Shown: positions 7,954 through 17,503 of the stretch, in pieces
Layout of the letters: each line of letters opens with the position of its first letter
How positions within the stretch are numbered: position 1 is the first letter of the stretch
IMG/VR virus record: IMGVR_UViG_2724679654_000001
Location: 15,221 to 79,220 of that record
Strand: one strand, 5' to 3'
Source: a virus
Lineage: Duplodnaviria; Caudoviricetes
DNA length: 64,000 nucleotides
Made by a program: the position numbers and the translations under genes
Notes under the pieces: model-generated
Database searches by the model: none
Seen by the model: only the letters and a program-made list of their open reading frames with translations
Told to the model about the DNA's origin: nothing

Positions 7954-9525
7954 ATGGCAGTGCCCGGTTTGATATTCAATGACCCAAGGTATCCGGAATT
8001 TATAGAAAGATATCACGCAGATCCGCTACGGTTTGCAGTCAATGTATGCGGTCTGGTGCCATCGGAAGATCAAGAGGAATTGTTTCATGCAATCGTTCCT
8101 GAGAACGCGAAAGTAAGCGTGGTATCTGGTACTTCGACCGGGAAAACCGCAGCGTTTGCAAGAATATCGCTATGGCATCTGCTTTGTCACCCGATAGCAT
8201 CCTATGAGGGCAAGATCGAGATAGGCTCCAACACTTACATTGGTGCGCCCAGGATAAGCCAAGTTGCTGACGGCATTTGGAAGGAAATGAATGATGCCTA
8301 TCTTGGTATTGCTTATGGACCATATAGCTGGATAAACGATTACTACGAAATAACCAAGACCAGCGTTCACGTAAAAAGATTTGAAGAGCAATGGTTTATT
8401 TCACAGGTTGCTATGCAGAAGGGGCAGGCAATCGGTGTGGCCGGTAAGCATAGGCACTGGCAGTTAATCATCATCGATGAGGCGGCCGGTGTGCCGGATG
8501 ATCACTATGATGTTATTGAGGGCACCCAAACGCAGGCAGGCAATAGAACGTTACTGGCTTCTCAAGGTGTCAGGAATGCCGGGCGTTTCTACGAAACGCA
8601 CCATAATCTGTCAAAAACCAATGGTGGATCATGGGATAACCTGAGATTTAGCTCTGAAAGATCGCCTTTTGTAACCCTGCAATGGCTTAAAGATAGGGAA
8701 GATGAGACTGGAGGCAAGGATTCGACTGAGTACAAGATCCGGGTAAGAGGTCTTTTTGCTGAAGATTCTGGAAGCAACCTGCTATCCAGATCGGAATTAG
8801 AGAGAGCGTTTGAACCACGAAAAATCATCCAGGATGATGAGCCTTATGGCTTGTTTGTGCTGGCCGACGTGGGGCTTGGTGAGTATCGGGATGAATCGGT
8901 TGCTGTTGTTGCAAAGGTTATTGGATATGGAGACTTTGGGGACGATGCGCGGCGCGTAGAGTTTATTGAAATACCCTATTGCACGAACAGTAAGAATGAA
9001 ATCGTTTTCGCCGGTGATCTGGTTAACCTGGTGGGCAAATTATCCAACGCTACATTACTGGTTGATAACGGCGGTGTGGGTGCCACGGTGAATAAGCTGA
9101 TAGAAGCATCCGGGGTGCCGGTCGTAAGGGTCAATTGGGGTAAACCATGCTTTAAGAGAGAGTACCAGGATCGTTTCTATAACCGCCGGGCGTGCGCGAT
9201 GGTGAGATTCCGTGATGCGGTCAGATCCGGGCGCGTAGTGCTACCGCAAAATATTGATAGAAAGTTGCGTGAAAAAATACTGCTACAGGGCGCCAGGTTG
9301 CCCTATCACTTTGCAGAAGCGGGTGGGTTGAAGTATGTGATGGAAAAGAAGGAAGAAATGCGAAAGCAAGGGATAAAGTCACCAGACATTATTGATGCGA
9401 TGAGTTTTGTATTCCTTGAGGATGCCACAAGTTATATGGTGTCCGCTGATGCTGAATCAGGAGGCGCAGGGTCAATAGCAGCAACCGCCCAGGGAAAGGT
9501 TGATGATATGTTTGCTGATGTTTGA
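7954..9525 (+). CDS. Terminase large subunit, P1 PacB-like
   Basis: Walker A VSGTSTGKT, Walker B LIIIDEAAGV, nuclease LADVG and KSPDIIDAM. Confidence 0.9.
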   Translation: MAVPGLIFNDPRYPEFIERYHADPLRFAVNVCGLVPSEDQEELFHAIVPENAKVSVVSGTSTGKTAAFARISLWHLLCHPIASYEGKIEIGSNTYIGAPRISQVADGIWKEMNDAYLGIAYGPYSWINDYYEITKTSVHVKRFEEQWFISQVAMQKGQAIGVAGKHRHWQLIIIDEAAGVPDDHYDVIEGTQTQAGNRTLLASQGVRNAGRFYETHHNLSKTNGGSWDNLRFSSERSPFVTLQWLKDREDETGGKDSTEYKIRVRGLFAEDSGSNLLSRSELERAFEPRKIIQDDEPYGLFVLADVGLGEYRDESVAVVAKVIGYGDFGDDARRVEFIEIPYCTNSKNEIVFAGDLVNLVGKLSNATLLVDNGGVGATVNKLIEASGVPVVRVNWGKPCFKREYQDRFYNRRACAMVRFRDAVRSGRVVLPQNIDRKLREKILLQGARLPYHFAEAGGLKYVMEKKEEMRKQGIKSPDIIDAMSFVFLEDATSYMVSADAESGGAGSIAATAQGKVDDMFADV

Positions 9526-9740
9526 ATAGATGCGCTATGACTAGAAGAGAAAACCCGGCACAAACAATAGCTATAGCACAGCCAGTTAAAATCAGCCACA
9601 ACCGTTCCCAAGATCTATAAAAATCTTACCCGGTCATCACCATCTTCAAAAATGGCTTCGTGACCTGACCCCTTGCTGCTGTGCATCTCAACTTCTGGCT
9701 CTGCCAAGGTTGAGATGCGAACGACCTACTCCTTTTTGTA

Positions 9741-10319
9741 CTATTTGAAGAACGTAGTAGGAGATGGTGAAGGTGAAGATTTCGGCAGGGGGGGAATAAT
9801 TAAAGGCTCTCCTTCTTTCCTTGGTTGAAGATACGGATTAAATCCAAGATTCCAAAGGTTATCTATGTTTTTTAAATAAGTAGAAACTTTTTCATCGTTA
9901 TCCATAATGATACCAACGTCAGATTCCACTACGTGTAACTCAAAATTAAATCGGTCGCCGCGTACATTGGTACAAATCTCTTCCCAGGCCATATTATAGC
10001 TTACCCAATCACCTTGGATAATTTCGTAAAATTCCTTATCCACGACAACTGTCAAAAATGCTTTTCTCTCACTAATGTAAAGAATAGGTGCAAATATTCC
10101 GCGCATATAGGCGCGTTCAGCGACATCGATAACTCGTTCATCATGGTCCTCGTCCCAAATAACAGCGAACCGCTGTATGCCTGGAAATGGAAGTAATTTC
10201 TTCCGCTTATCTACCCACTGGACTGCGCCAAGGATCGAATAGTGGGTGCCTCGACCTAGTTTACCTACGGGGTCTTGTTCGTCGTAGAGGGTGTGAAACA
10301 GGGGGGAGTAGTTCTGCAT
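9741..10319 (-). CDS. Hypothetical accessory protein
   Basis: 192-aa ORF from ATG 10319 with GGAG RBS (track start 10445). Confidence 0.65.
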   Translation of the reverse strand: MQNYSPLFHTLYDEQDPVGKLGRGTHYSILGAVQWVDKRKKLLPFPGIQRFAVIWDEDHDERVIDVAERAYMRGIFAPILYISERKAFLTVVVDKEFYEIIQGDWVSYNMAWEEICTNVRGDRFNFELHVVESDVGIIMDNDEKVSTYLKNIDNLWNLGFNPYLQPRKEGEPLIIPPLPKSSPSPSPTTFFK

Positions 10320-10684
10320 GTGGATCTCCATTTTGTGTTTTCTGGCACAAGCGAATTGCCTTTCGAGCAACACGCGGTCAAGTACAAGAATAGTAAACGA
10401 ATCTTGCGGGATCATCAACCCATATTCAAAAATCAAGTGCACCACCGTATCCTAAGCGCCACCGGGGTCAGGCCATGAATCAAGAATAATTGTTCTTGCG
10501 GCATTAGGGGGATAAATTAAAAAACACGTAGATTTCACAATGCGGTAAAGGGTGTATCAGCACTTCAAGTGATGCGGCTACTTTTATGGACACTATGGTC
10601 AATGCTATTGGATGAGCAAAAATCCAGAAAAATAATCTGAATATGATCTGTTAAGTCCTAATCACACATAAGTTATCATGTGTC

Positions 10685-11103
10685 ATGTGCGGCGGAATCC
10701 AATATCAAGATCATAAAATCTACTTTCCACAGCCCGAAGCCAGATTACCTATAAGTCTCAGGCATGGCGGTGTAACTTGGGTTATCTGGGGTAGACGTAA
10801 GGACGAGTCAGTAGGTAAATTCCCCAACGGTGGATGGGCGCGAATTGATTCCATCAAGATGGGTAAATGGAAACCTTGGCATCCCAGACCCGTATTGATC
10901 CCTGCAGATAGTTTCATGGAAAAGGATCAAGAAAAGCAATCTCATTGGATCACTCTTGCACCTGGTATGGCTATTCAAGCGTTGCTTGCAGAGCGAGACG
11001 GTGAAAAAGGGGGTATATGGTTACTGAAGAAACTCCATTTGAGTATCACTGGATTCATGATAGATGGCCAAGATTGAGGAAGATAGCTACTGTCGCGGAT
11101 TGA
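10685..11103 (+). pseudogene. SRAP-like (SOS response-associated peptidase) gene with a frameshift near 11005-11013
   Basis: N-terminal MCG, LIPADSFME; the family C-terminus YMVTEE...IHDRWPRL is in the -1 frame after GAAAAAGGGGG. Confidence 0.65.
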
Positions 11104-11155
11104 ATTTGGCGGCATCCTTCTAAGCACTTTACTACGCAATTTACAGGGCAAAACC

Positions 11156-11425
11156 ATGCAAATAACCTGGGCTAAATTCTCTGAGAAGATGCCTCCAAAA
11201 TCGCCAAGAATGAAAGTAATATTAAGAACTAGCGGGAGTCATTACTCCGATATTTCTGCATTGGCCGCGTACGTAACAGTAGTTATAATGTATTTGCCGT
11301 ACAAGATTATGAATAGAGATATATTCCAAGATACATCATGGACACCATTCACCAAAGAAAAATGGAACTGGTTGCATCAAATCGACGCAAATAATACGCT
11401 AGAAAACGGCGATTCTGTCAAGTAA
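11156..11425 (+). CDS. Hypothetical protein
   Basis: 89-aa ORF only. Confidence 0.4.
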   Translation: MQITWAKFSEKMPPKSPRMKVILRTSGSHYSDISALAAYVTVVIMYLPYKIMNRDIFQDTSWTPFTKEKWNWLHQIDANNTLENGDSVK

Positions 11426-11725
11426 TCGTGTGATTCTGGATTGATTCTGTCAACTGGGGCAATTACGGTATCATTAAATTAGTAAACTTTTATCCTAATG
11501 GTAACTCCAATAGTGGACGTAGTTATGGAAGTAGTAATAGAGAAGGTGCTTATGTAGCTTTATTTGAGCCTTATCTAGCAAATATTAAAGCTATTATATT
11601 AAGCATGATGCTATTAAATATACAACTATATAAATTTTATGGGTGTAACATAGGATATCGTGGCTATTGACGCAGCTGTCCCTTGGAATAGATAATTACG
11701 TCCCATTAATAATAACTAACAAGAA

Positions 11726-12100
11726 ATGACAGAAGATGAAAAAATTGAATATTTTGGTGACGATAATATTCAACGGGAAGTCGAAAGTTACTGGAATGAT
11801 GTTTATGAAATAAGTTTGGCAATTATTCGTAACACAAAGATATTTGATTTTGCCAATATAGCTTTAGCTAAACCCAATATTCATGAAATGATTGCTACAT
11901 TGAAGTTTATCAATGGGACATTAAATTTAATACTTTCATTGAATAGATCGGGGAGAATAAATGTCGATGATACAAGGCAAATTCATAATGCAAAGCAACA
12001 AATATTGATGATGCAACAAATTGCAATAGCATTAGAGAATGAGGATAGGGATGCTTACAATTATGCGGTAGAACGCTTACAAAAGCAGGCTCCATTTTGA
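11726..12100 (+). CDS. Hypothetical AT-rich moron protein
   Basis: 124-aa ORF in low-GC DNA. Confidence 0.65.
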   Translation: MTEDEKIEYFGDDNIQREVESYWNDVYEISLAIIRNTKIFDFANIALAKPNIHEMIATLKFINGTLNLILSLNRSGRINVDDTRQIHNAKQQILMMQQIAIALENEDRDAYNYAVERLQKQAPF

Positions 12101-12124
12101 TAAACCACGTAAGGGAGATATTTC

Positions 12125-12280
12125 ATGAGAAAGAATTTATTGGACAAAGAAACCCTTCAGGCTAGGGTAGAGTTTATGAAGCAATTAAAAATTGCTAAGA
12201 ATGAAACTGAAAAGCTTAAATCACAATGGGAAGAAATAAGTAGCATATTGAGTTCAGATAGCCACAAAAAAGCTGCTTAA
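12125..12280 (+). CDS. Small 51-aa coiled-coil protein (below the track cutoff)
   Basis: AAGGGAG RBS; MRKNLLDKETLQARVEFMKQLKIAKNETEKLKSQWEEISSILSSDSHKKAA. Confidence 0.6.
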   Translation: MRKNLLDKETLQARVEFMKQLKIAKNETEKLKSQWEEISSILSSDSHKKAA

Positions 12281-12303
12281 TAACAACCTGACAGTTAGAA
12301 ACT

Positions 12304-12326
12304 AAACCCGCTTCGGCGGGTTTTTT
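12304..12326 (+). terminator. Rho-independent terminator
   Basis: AAACCCGC-TTCG-GCGGGTTTTTT. Confidence 0.85.
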
Positions 12327-12744
12327 CGTTTCAAACTATTATCGTCAGGACAAGCTGTAATTCCGTGAAAAATTATTCAAAAATTATTCCAAACTGAATT
12401 ATGTGTTACAGCGCAAGCATAAAATCGCAGTTTGCGAAATTGTGCAAGTTGACCAATTGGCTAATTTAGAGGGTTGCTGATGGCAATGTTGATTTCTCAG
12501 CCCTCATTTGTGGTCAAAAAAATTAACATTGCTATTTAATACATTATGAATTTTTCTTTCAAAGCTTTACATTTCCACCATTCAAGCTTTACATTTAACC
12601 GAATTCCTCAGCATCACCGCTTGACTCAATCAGGCGTTTTTTTGTCTGCGACATATTGGTAATACCGGCGCTTAGTGGATGGATTGCGCGTGTAACGAGA
12701 TCTGCCAGTACAGATTGCGAAGTTTTGAAAACACAATACAGTCT

Positions 12745-13320
12745 TTAAACAGGTGGATTGAGGGAATCCATTATTTTATTGTGGACAGATTCAAGATGAT
12801 AATTTGATCTACATGGAAAGCGAATTAGTTTCAGACCGGCGGTCTTGCAAGCCTTTTCAACGAAAATATCCCTTGCGCGCGTCTTGCTAAGACTATGGCT
12901 TAGGTCGTCCAATTCGATAACGGCAAGAACAGCGAGTGTATGCTTGTCGCAAACCACATAATCAAAATGCTTTGATGATATTTTATAGAATGCAGTATTC
13001 CAATTTCTTCGACTTAATGCGTGATCAGGAACCAGTACGTCAGCAATGCGCACTTTTGCAAATATTTCATAATCATCATTTGATAAGGCTTGTTTCAGCG
13101 CCAAGAAAAATGAATGTTCGGCTTTAGAAAACAAGTTTCCCAGTGATTTATATTTAAAATTAGTAAATCCACCACTAAGCTTTATAACAAGTTTCAGTAA
13201 AAAAGCCAGAAAAACAATTGTGAAAACAAATATCCAGATATCAACTAACAGAGGCTGTTTCGCTATCATATCGGTGAATGTTTTAGCAACAATAGTCATA
13301 TTCGGAGAAAGATCCATCAC
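12745..13320 (-). CDS. DUF2726 domain membrane-anchored protein
   Basis: TM helix, then LFSKAEHSFF, IFAKVRIADV, KHFDYVVCD, IELDDLSH. Confidence 0.85.
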   Translation of the reverse strand: MMDLSPNMTIVAKTFTDMIAKQPLLVDIWIFVFTIVFLAFLLKLVIKLSGGFTNFKYKSLGNLFSKAEHSFFLALKQALSNDDYEIFAKVRIADVLVPDHALSRRNWNTAFYKISSKHFDYVVCDKHTLAVLAVIELDDLSHSLSKTRARDIFVEKACKTAGLKLIRFPCRSNYHLESVHNKIMDSLNPPV

Positions 13321-13631
13321 ACCACCTGCAGATTTGAGAAAAGAAGATTAGCGGCAAGCAAAACGAAATATAAACCTGCTTAGCAATATGACCAAATCAG
13401 AAACAATAAACATCATGTTATTATTATGCATTTGCAGTCTCTCGGTTACTTGAATGGAGAAAACTAAATGGCGCGTTTATACTTTATATTAGAAGCTATT
13501 CTATTCTAAAGTTAATTAAGTAATAAGGACTTAAGAACTCATAGCCAAGTTATTTGACATTCCGTTCCAGATTATGAGGCATTTTTTGTCGTATATATTA
13601 CGTTAGGCTTCACAAACCCACCCCGCGCGAT

Positions 13632-14204
13632 ATGAAAATGTCAATTACACTATTGAACGACCTTAGTTTCGTGATCGGACTTATCGGACTCGCGGAAATG
13701 CATGAGCGAACAGAGGTATCGCTATGGCTTGCGGATGAGACAGGATCGATTGCAGATCCCCGCGAACAATCCTCAGAGCTTACGGAACGCTCGGTGCGAG
13801 AGCCTTGCCATGAAGATGAAGTATTAAAACCAGTTGCTACCGATCAGGAACCCGCCAAATTAATTCCGGACGGAGACGAACCGCAATGGATGAAGTTTCT
13901 GGTACTAAAGAAGTGGCACTTCACTTTAGGCGATGTTGATTGCGTACCGTCCGTTCCGCACGGTCACGAGAACGCAAAGACTCAATCCTGGCCAAAATTG
14001 AACCCGTATACCGGACGTGTATTTGCTGCAATACATCAGGAAGATGTGTCGCAGAGACTCGATAGAAATGAAATGCGCCTAATGTGGCGAAACAAAGACT
14101 TTGTAGAGCGTTGTCATCGTCAAGTTAACTGGTATGCCAATAACTTCCCAAGCTTCCCATTCCGTCATGCTAGGCGCGGTCTGCTGCGCTTTCCAAGATG
14201 GTGA
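13632..14204 (+). CDS. Cassette 1: hypothetical protein
   Basis: 190-aa ORF filling the cassette; WHF...D..PSVPHGH motif. Confidence 0.7.
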   Translation: MKMSITLLNDLSFVIGLIGLAEMHERTEVSLWLADETGSIADPREQSSELTERSVREPCHEDEVLKPVATDQEPAKLIPDGDEPQWMKFLVLKKWHFTLGDVDCVPSVPHGHENAKTQSWPKLNPYTGRVFAAIHQEDVSQRLDRNEMRLMWRNKDFVERCHRQVNWYANNFPSFPFRHARRGLLRFPRW

Positions 14205-14251
14205 AGCCTCTAGCCCTGCGCCCCTGAGCTTGAACGTTAGGCATCAAGATC

Positions 14252-14698
14252 ATGAGCCTCAATCCACAGATAACGGGTAACCTGGGCTTGTACTACTGCT
14301 GCTACAAGCTTTCATTGCTGGGCTGGAACGTTATGCCTACAACAAGAAATGCGCGGGGCGTGGACATCATTGCCTACAGCAGAGACGCCTCTCGCTTCAA
14401 AGGCATTCAAGTTAAAGCCCTCAGCAAGCGCGCCCCTGTGCCGCTCGGGCAGTCGCTGGACAAATGCATGGGTGACTATTGGGTCATCATCAACAAGGTG
14501 GCGTCCGCAGCACCGCAGGCATTCATTCTTACGCCGTCCGAGGTAAAGGAGCTTGCCCATCGCGGAGAGAAAGAAGGCCGCGTTTCTTTCTGGCTGCAAC
14601 CCAATAGCTATGAGCAGCCTCAGTTCAAAGAGGCATGGGAACGCATCGGTCACGGTGGCCTTGATGCCCAACCCGGCGCCTCTGATCTCCAACGTTAA
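14252..14698 (+). CDS. Cassette 2: PD-(D/E)XK-family nuclease
   Basis: RNARGVDIIAY...GIQVKALS; reads through into the attC remnant. Confidence 0.75.
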   Translation: MSLNPQITGNLGLYYCCYKLSLLGWNVMPTTRNARGVDIIAYSRDASRFKGIQVKALSKRAPVPLGQSLDKCMGDYWVIINKVASAAPQAFILTPSEVKELAHRGEKEGRVSFWLQPNSYEQPQFKEAWERIGHGGLDAQPGASDLQR

Positions 14699-14705
14699 GT
14701 TTTTC

Positions 14706-15368
14706 ATGCCACTGACCGAAGCCATCCAAAAAGCACAAGCTCAATCACCCTGGCATGTTGGAAATGCTGTTCTATATGAACTATGCAGCTCTCATCCAAA
14801 ACATTCCCAAGAGCCTGACGTCATTGCTAAAGTTTGGCTGGTTGGTCGAGCATATGCCGCAGCAATTGAACGTAGAAAAAACAAGTCAGACGAAAACGCT
14901 AATTTTTACGTCACCAAAGTCGCGCCTGACATCGCTAAGTCAGCCATCGATGCATGGATTGAAGAGGCCAAGCAATACGACCGGCCATGCCAGGAATCGT
15001 GGTCAACGTTGCTTCACGTTCATCACGAAACCACGCAACTGTTTAGCTCAATAAGTGGACTTGAGAAGCGTTCGCTGGCATCGAAGTATCTACACTTCCA
15101 TGTGCCTAAGCTTTTTTACATCTACGACACCAGAGCTAGTCAAGCCATCAGCATGCTTAGCGGCGTATTGAAGCGGGCTGGAAAGTCGAGCGCCAAAGTT
15201 GATAACGAGTATCGTAAGTTCGCCGAAAAATGCTTGTCTCTGCATGAGCATGTCGAGAGTCGATATGGTGTCAGCCTCAACCCGAGAGAAATTGACAACT
15301 TACTGCTTTATGTTCACGAAAAAAACCTAATCATTCGTTCAACGGGACTGCCTACGGCAGCTCGTTAG
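14706..15368 (+). CDS. Cassette 3: hypothetical, possibly a helix-hairpin-helix glycosylase-like fold
   Basis: AKVWLVGRAYAAAIERR, RSLASKYLHFHVPKLFYIYDTRA; ATG 14706 just after the core site (track start 14553). Confidence 0.65.
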   Translation: MPLTEAIQKAQAQSPWHVGNAVLYELCSSHPKHSQEPDVIAKVWLVGRAYAAAIERRKNKSDENANFYVTKVAPDIAKSAIDAWIEEAKQYDRPCQESWSTLLHVHHETTQLFSSISGLEKRSLASKYLHFHVPKLFYIYDTRASQAISMLSGVLKRAGKSSAKVDNEYRKFAEKCLSLHEHVESRYGVSLNPREIDNLLLYVHEKNLIIRSTGLPTAAR

Positions 15369-15374
15369 AATTAT

Positions 15375-15460
15375 CAAAAGGCGTTCTGCAATAAAGGGAA
15401 GTCTGGATAAAGATAATTCGCATTAGGGATCGGGCAGCATGCCCCCTGTGGGGCCATACC
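15375..15460 (-). repeat. 86-bp element, copy 1
   Basis: Reverse complement aligns ungapped to 53968-54053 with 10 mismatches (manual count). Confidence 0.9.
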
Positions 15461-15492
15461 ATTAGGTGTTAGTTGTTGACACCGCATAGCTA

Positions 15493-17496
15493 TCAATTGC
15501 TTAACCCACCAGTAACAATATGCGCAATCCGTCTATCCTTAACATCCTGACCTACTTCTTGCTGTGCTGAAGCAATAACCGTTTGATTCCTGCTTCCCGT
15601 GCTTGCCAATGGCTCTACAATTGATGGCTCATCCGCTGGCAATTGAGGCGCTGGCATTCGGGGTGATTCTGGCACCTGTGCGTGAGCGGTTTGAACATTC
15701 ACAACGGTTGCGGCATAGCGTTTATCCAGTGCAATACGGTTGGTATCAATGTACTCGGATGCCGTTCTGCTATTAGCGCCATAATTCAGGTTCATTGATC
15801 GCTGAGTGTTGGATGATAAGTCATCCTTCGATTTTCCACCCTCAGACCCGCGTATGATCTCTTGCGCAGCACTTGGTCCAAGTTGGTGCATCATGTATAT
15901 GTTTTCTGCAGTGACCGGCAATCCTGCTTTTCTAAGCATGGCCATGTTCTGGCTGGTTAACTTCATCCCGCCTTCAATGTTCTGATCAACATCGAAACGA
16001 TTCTTTATTCCCACACCTGACGCTGTTTGTCCGGTGAATTGATATAACCCGAGCGCGCCAGTCTTGCTGATGGCATTGGGATTGCCGCCGCTCTCCATTG
16101 CCGCTATTTTCTGCATCATTACCGGGCCAAGTCCATATTTCTTAGCCTGGGCAGATATCTTATCCTGTATTTCCTGCGATATTCCGCCCGGAATATTGGC
16201 TGAAGTGTTGGCAGCACTGGTCTTTAATGTCTTGATGCGCTTGGCTTCGGCATCGGTATAGGTTCCATATCTTGATAGATCCTCACCGCCCTTGATGCCG
16301 TCAAACATCGCTTTGTGACGGTAACCTTTTAGCGTTACATTCTCTAATGCAGATCCTGCCCCGGCCTTTGCAACATCGTATGCGCGCTTTGTGGCCGAGG
16401 TAATGCTTGATACTTTATCGGTGATAGGCTTGATTGCTTTTGGAATATCAATACCAAGCTTATCTTTTACAAACCTAGTGAATATATTCCAGGATGATTC
16501 TACTTTGCTTCCAATGCTGCTAAGTACATTGTTGAATTTGTCTGTTGTAGAATCCCAGGAATTGATGATTTTTGTAGCCACTGATTTAAAATCAGTAACA
16601 GTCTCATCCCATGCCTTGCCTATTGCTCCACCGGTTATGGATGCACCGGAAGCAATGAATGGCAATGCCATCGCAAGCATAGGTAGAATATAACGCCTCA
16701 ACCAGCTGCTATCACCGCCTGATGGATCTGATGAAGATGTTGTCTCATCAATGTTCTTTAGGCTTTTGTTGGCTGCCTTATTGAAAACCGACTCATCCCT
16801 TCGGAATAGCTTTATTTCACCAAATATCTTTCTAAACCACCGGAAAGTATTCTTTTGTTCACGCCCGGTACCGGCTGTCAGGATCTCATAACCACGCGCC
16901 ATGGGTTGCGCCACTTCACTGAATGCCTTAATTGCCGGGTCAGTTTCCTCCATGCCGCTGCTGGCAGAACTCACGGCATCAGCAATCTTTCCAGCCGCTG
17001 CGCGCACTACCCCATCTTCGGATGGTGATGAGCTAACATATTTGTCATTGCTGCCAGCACTTTCATTTCCGAATAAAGGACTGCTGCTGCCACCATTCTT
17101 TATGAATCGACCGGTTTTGGTGTCTCTTTCGGCGGACTGATTCACTTTTGCAGTCGATCTGACATTTCCCGGTGTTGCGGTTGGTTTTAGTTGTGCCATG
17201 GCAGTTTTGCGAGTGCTGGCAGCCGATGGTGCTGATGATGATGCTTTGGATTTACGCGCGCTTTCATCCCTGCGCTGTGGTATGGCAACCGGTTGTTGCG
17301 GTGCGCGTTCGTTGTCACTCTTGCGATTGGCTGATACCTGCCTGTCAGATGGCAATCCGGATACAACCTTCCCACTGAGTGCCAATCTAACGGCTCTCAT
17401 GTCATTCCTGATGTCACTCCACAGGTCAAACGTTCTGTTTAAGTCGAGCGGTTCGCCTATCAGGAAGCCGTCATTGTCGCTTTTAATGTTTGCCAT
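15493..17496 (-). CDS. Virion lytic transglycosylase / tape-measure-like protein (P1 Sit-like)
   Basis: SLT motifs IAAMESGGNPNAISKTGALGLYQF and YMMHQLGP; W-periodic helical segment. Confidence 0.75.
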   Translation of the reverse strand: MANIKSDNDGFLIGEPLDLNRTFDLWSDIRNDMRAVRLALSGKVVSGLPSDRQVSANRKSDNERAPQQPVAIPQRRDESARKSKASSSAPSAASTRKTAMAQLKPTATPGNVRSTAKVNQSAERDTKTGRFIKNGGSSSPLFGNESAGSNDKYVSSSPSEDGVVRAAAGKIADAVSSASSGMEETDPAIKAFSEVAQPMARGYEILTAGTGREQKNTFRWFRKIFGEIKLFRRDESVFNKAANKSLKNIDETTSSSDPSGGDSSWLRRYILPMLAMALPFIASGASITGGAIGKAWDETVTDFKSVATKIINSWDSTTDKFNNVLSSIGSKVESSWNIFTRFVKDKLGIDIPKAIKPITDKVSSITSATKRAYDVAKAGAGSALENVTLKGYRHKAMFDGIKGGEDLSRYGTYTDAEAKRIKTLKTSAANTSANIPGGISQEIQDKISAQAKKYGLGPVMMQKIAAMESGGNPNAISKTGALGLYQFTGQTASGVGIKNRFDVDQNIEGGMKLTSQNMAMLRKAGLPVTAENIYMMHQLGPSAAQEIIRGSEGGKSKDDLSSNTQRSMNLNYGANSRTASEYIDTNRIALDKRYAATVVNVQTAHAQVPESPRMPAPQLPADEPSIVEPLASTGSRNQTVIASAQQEVGQDVKDRRIAHIVTGGLSN

Positions 17497-17503
17497 GGTC
17501 TAT

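Larger units (their letters stand above)
13602..15368 (+). mobile_element. Array of three integron gene cassettes with truncated attC sites; no integrase in the window
   Basis: Core sites GTTAGGC 13602, GTTAGGC 14236, GTTAAGT 14694; each cassette's 3' end is complementary to its own 5' end. Confidence 0.8.

Noticed and set aside
12558-12598. Tandem AAGCTTTACATTT direct repeat
   Set aside because: Only two copies in AT-rich intergenic DNA and no supportable function.
13554-13601. Integron Pc promoter / attI upstream of the first cassette
   Set aside because: TTGACA is present but has no well-spaced -10, and attI sites cannot be recognised reliably by eye; left unannotated.
14553-14705. N-terminal extension of the cassette 3 ORF
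   Set aside because: It crosses the attC remnant and overlaps cassette 2; ATG 14706 follows the core site.
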